64,000 nucleotides of DNA from Macrostomum lignano (lineage: Eukaryota): NCBI GenBank assembly GCA_002269645.1, contig NIVC01001061.1, positions 62,001 to 126,000 on the forward strand, given 5' to 3'. Every line of letters starts with the position of its first letter. The first letter of the stretch is position 1. The notes under the pieces were generated by a model. That model searched no databases. It saw only the letters and a program-made list of their open reading frames with translations, and was not told the origin of the DNA. This document shows positions 1 through 12,000 of the stretch, in pieces. Both the position numbers and the translations under genes were made by a program.

Positions 1-3000
1 GGCTAGCGGAGAACCAGCGCCTGGTGTCGCAGGACAACTTCGGCCACGACCTGCCAGCGGTTGAGGCGGCCACTAAAAAGCACGAGGCCATCGAGACTGA
101 CATCTTCGCTTACGAGGAGCGAGTTAACGCCGTGGTTAGGGTGGCAGCCGAGCTCGAGTCGGAGAACTATAGGGACACTGATCGGATTCTGGCTCGCAAA
201 GATAACGTGCTGCGCCTGTGGGAACAGCTGCTGGACCTGCTCAGGGCCAGGCGTATGCGCCTGGATCTCACGCTGCAGGTAAGATTAGAGGATGGCAAAA
301 GGAGACTAGATCAGGATTAGAGATTAAAGAGGTGGAAGGTTGGACGGATAAAGATAACAAAGGTGGGAGATCAGAGACAAGAAGATTACACAGGTGGGAG
401 ATCAGAGACGAGAAGATTGCACAGGTGGAAGGTCAGACAAGAGAAGTTAATCTTCTTTAGTCCCTTCACACAGCAACAATTGGCAATGAAACCCGACCCC
501 AACCTACAGGTGCACAAGATCTACCAGGAAATCCTGTACGTGCTTGACTGGATCGAGGAGCTCACCCAGCGCCTGCAGTCTGAGGAGTACGGCCGCCATC
601 TGATGGGCGTTGACGACCTGATTGAGAAGCACGCCCTGTTAGAGAGCGACATCCAGGTGCTTGGCGACCGCGTCCAGGCCATCTGCACCGCCGCTCAGGC
701 CTTCATCGACGGCGAATTCCCAGACGAGATTGGCGACTATAGGCCAACTGAGCCGGGCGAAGTCGAAGAGCGCTCACTAATTCTGCGCGAGGCCTACGAA
801 CAGCTGCGACTGCGGGCTATCGAACGGCAGGACAGGCTGGACGAGAGCCGCGCCCTCTGGATGTTCATGTGGGAGATGGAGGAGGCTGAGCAGTGGGTCA
901 AGGAGATGGACCAGCTCATGTCCAGCCCAGACCTCGGCCACGACATCCCGTCCGCCCAGCTGCTGCTCGGCAAGCACCGGGCTACGGAGGATGAGATATC
1001 GGCCAGGCGGAACCTGCTGCAGGAGCAGATTGTGAAGGGCGAACAGCTGGCCGCCGAGAACAACATGGGCAGCGACGATATTCTGAGCCGCATCGAGTAC
1101 ATGAACGGCCAGTGGGACCAGCTGGTGGACCGGGCCGCGGCCAGGAAGGCTCGTCTGCTTCAGGTTAGTGAGATGCCGGGGTTTGGTTGTAGGCACTTCC
1201 GGGTTATCTAAGTTTGTGGACACTTCCGTATTACCTGGGTTTGTGGGCACTTCCGGGTTATCTGAGTTTGTGGGCACTTCCGGGCTTCCTGGGTTTGTGG
1301 GCACTTCCGGTTGGGTTTGTAGGCACTTCCGGGTTACCTGGGTTTGTGGGCACTTCCGGGTTATCTGAGTTTGTGGGCACTTCCGGGCTTCCTGGGTTTG
1401 TGGGCACTTCCGGTTGGGTTTGTAGGCACTTCCGGGTTACCTGGGTTTGTGGGCACTTCCGGGTTACCTGGGTTTGTGGGCACTTCCGGGTTACCTGGGT
1501 TTGTGGGCACTTCCGGGTTACCTGGGTTTGTGGGCACTTCCGGGTTACCTGGGTTTGTGGACATTTCCGGGATCTGAGTTTGTACGCACTTCCGGGTTAC
1601 CTTCGTTTGTACGCACTTCCGGGTTACCTGGGTTTGTGGGCACTTCCGGGTTACCTTCGTTTGTGGGCACTTCCGGGTTACCTGGGTTTGTGGGCACTTC
1701 CGGGTTACCTGGGTTTGTGGGCACTTCCGGGTTACCTGGGTTTGTGGGCACTTCCGGGATCTGAGTTTGTACGCACTTCCGGTTGTCTGGGTTTGTTGGC
1801 ATGTCCGGGTATCTGTTATCTCCAGTATTCGAATTTTTAAATAAGATCAAGTTCAGAAATCTACAAGCGCTCCAATCTCCATGGCAATCGCGCAGGCCCT
1901 GGACTACCATCGGTTCCTTGCCGACTGCGACGAAACCGACGCTTGGCTGGCCGAAATGCAGCGCCTGTGCGAAAACGACGACACAGGCAACAATGAGCAG
2001 TCCGTGCAGTCGCTGCAGCGCAAGCACGAGGACCTGCAGGAGGAGATTCGCAATTACAAGGCCGAGATCGACAGTCTGCACTCTTTGGCCGACGGGCTTA
2101 ACGAGGCTGATCGGGACTCGCCAACTACCAAGCAGCGGCTGGAGAGCATCGACGACAAGTACGAGAAGCTGCTCAAGCAGGCCGCCACGAGGAAGCAGCG
2201 CCTTGACGACGCCCTGGCGATGCACCGGCTGTTCAACGGCGCCGACCAACTGGAGGCCTGGATACGCGAGAAGAAACGCCTGCTGGCATCCATGCTGCCT
2301 TCGGAGGAGATCGAAGAGCTGGAGGTTGTCAAGCATCGATTCGATGGATTCGAGCAGGAGCTCAAAGCTAACGCTGAACGGGTTGCCGAGATTGACGACA
2401 CTGGCAATCATGTGAGTAGTCCTCTGTGTGCTCAGGCTGCTTTGGGCATTGTATAATTTTGCAGTTGACGTTCTCGACCATTAAAGTGAGCGTTCTAACA
2501 GACACTAATCAAGATAGACATTCTACCATAGACTTACTGCCATCTATATACTAAATTAAACATTCTACCATAGACTTTGAAGTAGACATTCTGCCATATA
2601 GACCCTAAACATACATTTATTCCATAAACTAAAGTAGACATTCTGTCATATAAACAGTAAACATACATTTATACCATAGACATCAATGTAAACTTGTGAA
2701 GCGTTCCACTGGTAGAAGCCATCAAAGATAATTAATTCACCCCTGCCCACCACCATCCTAAACCAGCTGCAAAGCGTGAACCACCCGAACAGCGAAGAGA
2801 TTCGCGAACGCCAAGACGACTTGAAGGCCCAGTGGAACGAGCTGGCAGACCTGGTGGACGATCGCCGCGACCGCATCAACAACGCCTACGATTACAACAC
2901 CTATAATATCGAGTGCCGCGAGACTGCCAACTGGATCAAGGAGAAATGCCAGCTGGTTGAGTCCACTGACGAGCTCGGCAACGATCTGGGCGGCATCATG

Positions 3001-6000
3001 CAGCTGCAGCGCCGGCTGCAGCATCTCAACACCGACATGGCCGCAATCGAGGCCCGCCTGCAGCACCTGGACGAGCAGTGCGAAAAATTGGAGAATGTCC
3101 GCCCGGATGAAGCTGAGAAGCTGCGCGCCGAACGGGACAAACTCAAAGATCTGTGGAAGGAGCTCAGCGAAATGCGCGAGGAGCGTCGGGAACGCCTGGA
3201 GGAGTCTTCCGAGCTGCAGAAATTCCTGCAGGATCTGGACCACTTCCAGGTGACTTTTTCTGCTTATTCTTTGTGCTGTTATTGTACAGTAGTTACTGAG
3301 CTGGTCAAACTGCGCAGCGACTCAAGTTCTGGTAGAGAAAATGGAGATTAGTTAGTTAGCTAGCTAGCTAGCTAGCTAGTCAGTCAGTCAGTCAGTCAGT
3401 CAGTTTTTCATCAACTTAATTCAATTCTATTCACAGCCTTGGCCGGCTTTTTTCTGTTTGCTTTTAGTACCATTTTTATGACTCCTCCGAGCGCGGCAGT
3501 TTCTCCTATGGGAGGCTTTAATAGCTAAATAATTCAAAATCGCGAATGCAGTCTGTATACACTGGGGCATTGCTGCAGATGGCCAGCCGCATATTTGATG
3601 AACTGCTTATATTCTGTGTCAGTCCAGCCAGTTGCAGAATTCAAAGTTAAGCATTAATTAGTCGCGGTTAGTACTCAAATTGAGACGCGTCTGACTCTCG
3701 CACAACGACACCTGGTTTCATTCTGTGTGCAAACGCACTCACCCGGGTAAAAATCTTTGGGCCAATAATGACACTCGATTGACACTGGTGACACTTATCG
3801 ACCCGGTGTCGACGGGCACTGTCAACGGGCAGTGTCAACGGGCAGTGTCAACGGGTAGTGTCGACTGGCAGTGTCAACGGGTAGTGTCAACGGGTAGTGT
3901 CGACTGGCAGTGTCAACGGGTAGTGTCGACTGGCAGTGTCAACGGGTAGTGTCGACTGGCAGTGTCAACGGGTAGTGTCAACGGGTAGTGTCGACTGACA
4001 GTGTCAACGGGTAGTGTCAACGGGTAGTGTCGACTGACAGTGTCAACGGGTAGTGTCAACGGGTAGTGTCGACTGGCAGTGTCAACGGGTAGTGTCAACG
4101 GGTAGTGTCGACTGACAGTGTCAACGGGTAGTGTCGACTGACAGTGTCAACGGGTAGTGTCAACGGGTAGTGTCAACGGGTAGTGTCGACTGGCAGTGTC
4201 AACGGGTAGTGTCGACTGGCAGTGTCAACGGGTAGTGTCAACGGGTAGTGTCGACTGGCAGTGTCAACGGGTAGTGTCGACTGGCAGTGTCAACGGGTAG
4301 TGTCGACTGGCAGTGTCAACGGGTAGTGTCAACGGGTAGTGTCGACTGACAGTGTCAACGGGTAGTGTCGACTGACAGTGTCAACGGGTAGTGTCAACGG
4401 GTAGTGTCAACGGGTAGTGTCGACTGACAGTGTCAACGGGTAGTGTCGACTGGCAGTGTCAACGGGTAGTGTCGACGGGAAGTGTCGACAGGGAGTGTCG
4501 ACTGGCAGTGTCGACGGGAAGTGTCGACTGGCAGTGTCGACGGGAAGTGTCGACTGGCAGTGTCGACGGGAAGTGTCGACGGGAAGTGTCAACGGATAGT
4601 GTCGACTGGCAGTGTCGACTGGCAGTGTCGACGGGAAGTGTCGACTGGCAGTGTCGACGGGAAGTGTCAACGGATAGTGTCGACTGGCAGTGTCGACTGG
4701 CAGTGTCGACGGGAAGTGTCAACGGATAGTGTCGACGGGAAGTGTCGACGGGAAGTGTCAACGGATAGTGTCAACGGGTAGTGTCGACTGGCAGTGTCAA
4801 CGGGTAGTGTCGACTGGCAGTGTCAACGGGTAGTGTCAACGGGTAGTGTCGACTGGCAGTGTCAACGGGTAGTGTCGACTGGCAGTGTCAACGGGTAGTG
4901 TCAACGGGTAGTGTCGACTGACAGTGTCAACGGGTAGTGTCAACGGGTAGTGTCAACGGGTAGTGTCGACTGGCAGTGTCAACGGGTAGTGTCAACGGGT
5001 AGTGTCGACTGACAGTGTCAACGGGTAGTGTCGACTGACAGTGTCAACGGGTAGTGTCAACGGGTAGTGTCAACGGGTAGTGTCGACTGACAGTGTCAAC
5101 GGGTAGTGTCGACTGGCAGTGTCAACGGGTAGTGTCGACGGGAAGTGTCAACGGGTAGTGTCGACTGGCAGTGTCGACGGGAAGTGTCGACTGGCAGTGT
5201 CGACGGGAAGTGTCGACTGGCAGTGTCGACGGGAAGTGTCGACGGGAAGTGTCAACGGATAGTGTCGACTGGCAGTGTCGACTGGCAGTGTCGACTGGCA
5301 GTGTCGACGGGAAGTGTCAACGGATAGTGTCGACTGGCAGTGTCGACTGGCAGTGTCGACGGGAAGTGTCAACGGAAAGTGTCGACTGGCAGTGTCGACT
5401 GGCAGTGTCGACTGGCAGTGTCGACGGGAAGTGTCAACGGATAGTGTCGACTGGCAGTGTCGACTGGCAGTGTCGACGGGAAGTGTCGACGGGAAGTGTC
5501 GACGGGAAGTGTCGACGGGTAGTGTCGACTGGCAGTGTCAACGGGTAGTGTCAACGGGTAGTGTCGACTGGCAGTGTCAACGGGTAGTGTCGACTGGCAG
5601 TGTCAACGGGTAGTGTCAACGGGTAGTGTCGACTGACAGTGTCAACGGGTAGTGTCAACGGGTAGTGTCGACTGACAGTGTCAACGGGTAGTGTCAACGG
5701 GTAGTGTCGACTGGCAGTGTCAACGGGTAGTGTCAACGGGTAGTGTCGACTGACAGTGTCAACGGGTAGTGTCGACTGACAGTGTCAACGGGTAGTGTCA
5801 ACGGGTAGTGTCGACTGGCAGTGTCAACGGGTAGTGTCGACTGGCAGTGTCAACGGGTAGTGTCAACGGGTAGTGTCGACTGGCAGTGTCAACGGGTAGT
5901 GTCGACTGGCAGTGTCAACGGGTAGTGTCGACTGGCAGTGTCAACGGGTAGTGTCAACGGGTAGTGTCGACTGACAGTGTCAACGGGTAGTGTCGACTGA

Positions 6001-9000
6001 CAGTGTCAACGGGTAGTGTCAACGGGTAGTGTCAACGGGTAGTGTCGACTGACAGTGTCAACGGGTAGTGTCGACTGGCAGTGTCAACGGGTAGTGTCGA
6101 CGGGAAGTGTCGACAGGGAGTGTCGACTGGCAGTGTCGACGGGAAGTGTCGACTGGCAGTGTCGACGGGAAGTGTCGACTGGCAGTGTCGACGGGAAGTG
6201 TCGACGGGAAGTGTCAACGGATAGTGTCGACTGGCAGTGTCGACTGGCAGTGTCGACGGGAAGTGTCGACTGGCAGTGTCGACGGGAAGTGTCAACGGAT
6301 AGTGTCGACTGGCAGTGTCGACTGGCAGTGTCGACGGGAAGTGTCAACGGATAGTGTCGACGGGAAGTGTCGACGGGAAGTGTCAACGGATAGTGTCAAC
6401 GGGTAGTGTCGACTGGCAGTGTCAACGGGTAGTGTCGACTGGCAGTGTCAACGGGTAGTGTCAACGGGTAGTGTCGACTGGCAGTGTCAACGGGTAGTGT
6501 CGACTGGCAGTGTCAACGGGTAGTGTCGACTGACAGTGTCAACGGGTAGTGTCAACGGGTAGTGTCAACGGGTAGTGTCGACTGGCAGTGTCAACGGGTA
6601 GTGTCAACGGGTAGTGTCAACGGGTAGTGTCGACTGGCAGTGTCAACGGGTAGTGTCAACGGGTAGTGTCGACTGACAGTGTCAACGGGTAGTGTCGACT
6701 GACAGTGTCAACGGGTAGTGTCAACGGGTAGTGTCGACTGACAGTGTCAACGGGTAGTGTCGACTGGCAGTGTCAACGGGTAGTGTCGACGGGAAGTGTC
6801 GACAGGGAGTGTCGACTGGCAGTGTCGACGGGAAGTGTCGACTGGCAGTGTCGACGGGAAGTGTCGACGGGAAGTGTCAACGGATAGTGTCGACTGGCAG
6901 TGTCGACTGGCAGTGTCGACGGGAAGTGTTAACGGATAGTGTCGACTGGCAGTGTCGACTGGCAGTGTCGACGGGAAGTGTCAACGGATAGTGTCGACTG
7001 GCAGTGTCGACTGGCAGTGTCGACTGGCAGTGTCGACGGGAAGTGTCAACGGATAGTGTCGACTGGCAGTGTCGACTGGCAGTGTCGACGGGAAGTGTCA
7101 ACGGGAAGTGTCAACGGGTAGTGTCGACTGGCAGTGTCAACGGGTAGTGTCAACGGGTAGTGTCGACTGGCAGTGTCAACGGGTAGTGTCGACTGGCAGT
7201 GTCAACGGGTAGTGTCAACGGGTAGTGTCGACTGACAGTGTCAACGGGTAGTGTCAACGGGTAGTGTCAACGGGTAGTGTCGACTGGCAGTGTCAACGGG
7301 TAGTGTCGACTGGCAGTGTCAACGGGTAGTGTCAACGGGTAGTGTCGACTGGCAGTGTCAACGGGTAGTGTCGACTGGCAGTGTCAACGGGTAGTGTCGA
7401 CTGGCAGTGTCAACGGGTAGTGTCAACGGGTAGTGTCGACTGACAGTGTCAACGGGTAGTGTCGACTGACAGTGTCAACGGGTAGTGTCAACGGGTAGTG
7501 TCAACGGGTAGTTTCGACTGACAGTGTCAACGGGTAGTGTCGACTGGCAGTGTCAACGGGTAGTGTCGACGGGAAGTGTCGACAGGGAGTGTCGACTGGC
7601 AGTGTCGACGGGAAGTGTCGACTGGCAGTGTCGACGGGAAGTGTCGACTGGCAGTGTCGACGGGAAGTGTCAACGGATAGTGTCGACTGGCAGTGTCGAC
7701 TGGCAGTGTCGACTGGCAGTGTCGACGGGAAGTGTCAACGGATAGTGTCGACGGGAAGTGTCGACGGGAAGTGTCAACGGATAGTGTCGACGGGAAGTGT
7801 CGACGGGAAGTGTCAACGGATAGTGTCGACGGGAAGTGTCGACTGGCAGTGTCGACGGGAAGTGTCGACGGATAGTGTCGACTGGCAGTGTCGACTGGCA
7901 GTGTCGACGGGAAGTGTCAACGGATAGTGTCGACTGGCAGTGTCGACTGGCAGTGTCGACGGGAAGTGTCGACGGATAGTGTCGACTGGCAGTGTCGACT
8001 GGCAGTGTCGACTGGCAGTGTCAACGGGTAGTGTCGACTGGCAGTGTCGACGGGAAGTGTCAACGGATAGTGTCGACTGGCAGTGTCGACGGGAAGTGTC
8101 AACGGATAGTGTCGACTGGCAGTGTCGACGGGAAGTGTCAACGGATAGTGTCGACTGGCAGTGTCGACTGGCAGTGTCGACGGGAAGTGTCGACTGGCAG
8201 TGTCGACGGGAAGTGTCAACGGATAGTGTCGACTGGCAGTGTCGACTGGCAGTGTCGACGGGAAGTGTCAACGGATAGTGTCGACGGGAAGTGTCGACGG
8301 GAAGTGTCAACGGATAGTGTCAACGGGTAGTGTCGACTGGCAGTGTCAACGGGTAGTGTCGACTGGCAGTGTCAACGGGTAGTGTCAACGGGTAGTGTCG
8401 ACTGGCAGTGTCAACGGGTAGTGTCGACTGGCAGTGTCAACGGGTAGTGTCGACTGACAGTGTCAACGGGTAGTGTCAACGGGTAGTGTCAACGGGTAGT
8501 GTCGACTGGCAGTGTCAACGGGTAGTGTCAACGGGTAGTGTCAACGGGTAGTGTCGACTGGCAGTGTCAACGGGTAGTGTCAACGGGTAGTGTCGACTGA
8601 CAGTGTCAACGGGTAGTGTCGACTGACAGTGTCAACGGGTAGTGTCAACGGGTAGTGTCAACGGGTAGTGTCGACTGACAGTGTCAACGGGTAGTGTCGA
8701 CTGGCAGTGTCAACGGGTAGTGTCGACGGGAAGTGTCGACAGGGAGTGTCGACTGGCAGTGTCGACGGGAAGTGTCGACTGGCAGTGTCGACGGGAAGTG
8801 TCGACGGGAAGTGTCAACGGATAGTGTCGACTGGCAGTGTCGACTGGCAGTGTCGACTGGCAGTGTCGACGGGAAGTGTTAACGGATAGTGTCGACTGGC
8901 AGTGTCGACTGGCAGTGTCGACGGGAAGTGTCAACGGATAGTGTCGACTGGCAGTGTCGACTGGCAGTGTCGACTGGCAGTGTCGACGGGAAGTGTCAAC

Positions 9001-12000
9001 GGATAGTGTCGACTGGCAGTGTCGACTGGCAGTGTCGACGGGAAGTGTCAACGGGAAGTGTCAACGGGTAGTGTCGACTGGCAGTGTCAACGGGTAGTGT
9101 CAACGGGTAGTGTCGACTGGCAGTGTCAACGGGTAGTGTCGACTGGCAGTGTCAACGGGTAGTGTCAACGGGTAGTGTCGACTGACAGTGTCAACGGGTA
9201 GTGTCAACGGGTAGTGTCGACTGACAGTGTCAACGGGTAGTGTCAACGGGTAGTGTCGACTGGCAGTGTCAACGGGTAGTGTCAACGGGTAGTGTCGACT
9301 GACAGTGTCAACGGGTAGTGTCGACTGACAGTGTCAACGGGTAGTGTCAACGGGTAGTGTCAACGGGTAGTGTCGACTGGCAGTGTCAACGGGTAGTGTC
9401 GACTGGCAGTGTCAACGGGTAGTGTCAACGGGTAGTGTCGACTGGCAGTGTCAACGGGTAGTGTCGACTGGCAGTGTCAACGGGTAGTGTCGACTGGCAG
9501 TGTCAACGGGTAGTGTCAACGGGTAGTGTCGACTGACAGTGTCAACGGGTAGTGTCGACTGACAGTGTCAACGGGTAGTGTCAACGGGTAGTGTCAACGG
9601 GTAGTTTCGACTGACAGTGTCAACGGGTAGTGTCGACTGGCAGTGTCAACGGGTAGTGTCGACGGGAAGTGTCGACAGGGAGTGTCGACTGGCAGTGTCG
9701 ACGGGAAGTGTCGACTGGCAGTGTCGACGGGAAGTGTCGACTGGCAGTGTCGACGGGAAGTGTCAACGGATAGTGTCGACTGGCAGTGTCGACTGGCAGT
9801 GTCGACGGGAAGTGTCAACGGATAGTGTCGACGGGAAGTGTCGACGGGAAGTGTCAACGGATAGTGTCGACGGGAAGTGTCGACGGGAAGTGTCAACGGA
9901 TAGTGTCGACGGGAAGTGTCGACTGGCAGTGTCGACGGGAAGTGTCGACGGATAGTGTCGACTGGCAGTGTCGACTGGCAGTGTCGACGGGAAGTGTCAA
10001 CGGATAGTGTCGACTGGCAGTGTCGACTGGCAGTGTCGACGGGAAGTGTCGACAGATAGTGTCGACTGGCAGTGTCGACTGGCAGTGTCGACTGGCAGTG
10101 TCAACGGGTAGTGTCGACTGGCAGTGTCGACGGGAAGTGTCAACGGATAGTGTCGACTGGCAGTGTCGACGGGAAGTGTCAACGGATAGTGTCGACTGGC
10201 AGTGTCGACGGGAAGTGTCAACGGATAGTGTCGACTGGCAGTGTCGACGGGAAGTGTCGACGGATAGTGTCGACTGGCAGTGTCGACTGGCAGTGTCGAC
10301 GGGAAGTGTCAACGGATAGTGTCGACTGGCAGTGTCGACTGGCAGTGTCGACGGGAAGTGTCGACGGATAGTGTCGACTGGCAGTGTCGACTGGCAGTGT
10401 CGACTGGCAGTGTCAACGGGTAGTGTCGACTGGCAGTGTCGACTGACAGTGTCAACGAATAGTGTCGACTGGCAGTGTCGACGGGAAGTGTCAACGGATA
10501 GTGTCGACTGGCAGTGTCGACGGGAAGTGTCAACGGATAGTGTCGACTGGCAGTGTCGACTGGCAGTGTCGACGGGAAGTGTCAACGGATAGTGTCGACT
10601 GGCAGTGTCGACTGGCAGTGTCGACGGGAAATGTCAACGGATAGTGTCGACTGGCAGTGTCGACAGGGAGTGTCGATACAAAATGTCGTATGATGTCTTG
10701 GAATTTGAGTGTCAAAAAAGTAGTGTCAACGGTGGCCACGCCAGTGTCGACAAGACACCATTGACACTAGTGTCGATTGACATTCAAATTTTTACCCGGG
10801 TCAATTTTGGATTTGTCATGCAATTCACAATTAAGCCATGAGAGCCAACCCCCAAGGCACAGAGGGTGTACATGCTTGATGATTAGAAAGCCAGGGCCGC
10901 TGTACACCCTGAGTGAGCGCTTGCATGTGCTCAGTAGTCAGCGGAATTGGCAGAACTGCCGTCAGCGCTGCGCCAGGGTGGCCTACAGCCCTCTCTGCTA
11001 ATAAATGACTGCATAAATTTATTATTCAGAACGGATTTGCTAACGAGATGCTTTTTCACCGCTTATGCTTCAGATCTGGCTGAGCAACACCCAGACAACT
11101 GTGGCCACCGAGGATATTCCCAAGGATTTGGCCGAGGCTGAGAAGCTGCTCACCCAGCACCAGAACCTCAAACAGGAGATCAAAGGCTACGAAGAGGAGT
11201 TCGCCAGCCTGATGAGCTACGGCCGACGGGTGACGGAAGGCCAGACTGACGCTCAGTACATGTTCCTGAGCCAGCGACTCAACGCGCTCGAGGAGGATTG
11301 GAACGCTCTGCAGCACATGTGGGATGTGAAGCACACTCAGCTATCGCAGAGTCTCAGTCTGCAGATCTTTATGCGCGACGCTGTGCAGTGCGACGTTCTG
11401 CTCAGCTCTCAGGAGAACTTCCTGTCTAAGCAGGACACGCCAACCTCTGTGAGTTTTTCTTTGTTAAAGAGATTTCGTTTGAAATGTGTGACGCTTTTAG
11501 TCTGTGAGCTGTGACCAAAGTCCTGTTTGTCATGGTCTACAGTGTATAGTATAAGCTGAATTTATGACCTGACTTATGATAGTCTATGACCTGACTTGAT
11601 AGTCTATGACCTGACTTATCATAGTCTATGACCTCTATGATCATAAATCAGTATTTGATCTAGAGTCTATGATAGCTATGATCATAAATCTGTATTTGAT
11701 CTAGAGTCTATGACAGCTATGATCATAAATCTGTATTTGATCTAGAGTCTATGACAGCTATGATCATCATAAATCTGTATTTGATCTGGAGTCTATGACA
11801 GCTATGATCATAAATCTGTATTTTATCTAGAACCAATTAATTAACAAATTAATTGCCTCGCACAAACGCAGGTGGAGCACGCCGAGCTGCTCATCAAGCA
11901 GTGCGAGAACTTCATCACCTCGATGAAGGCGAATGACGACAAGCTGGCTACCCTGGACGACAATGGCCAGCGACTGCTGTCCGAGGAGGAGCACTTCGCC

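Noticed and set aside
3913-10739. Dozens of ORFs ([14 protein letters not shown]..., [11 protein letters not shown]...) in the 13-bp array
   Set aside because: They are periodic translations of the tandem repeat on both strands, with no domain or splice context.
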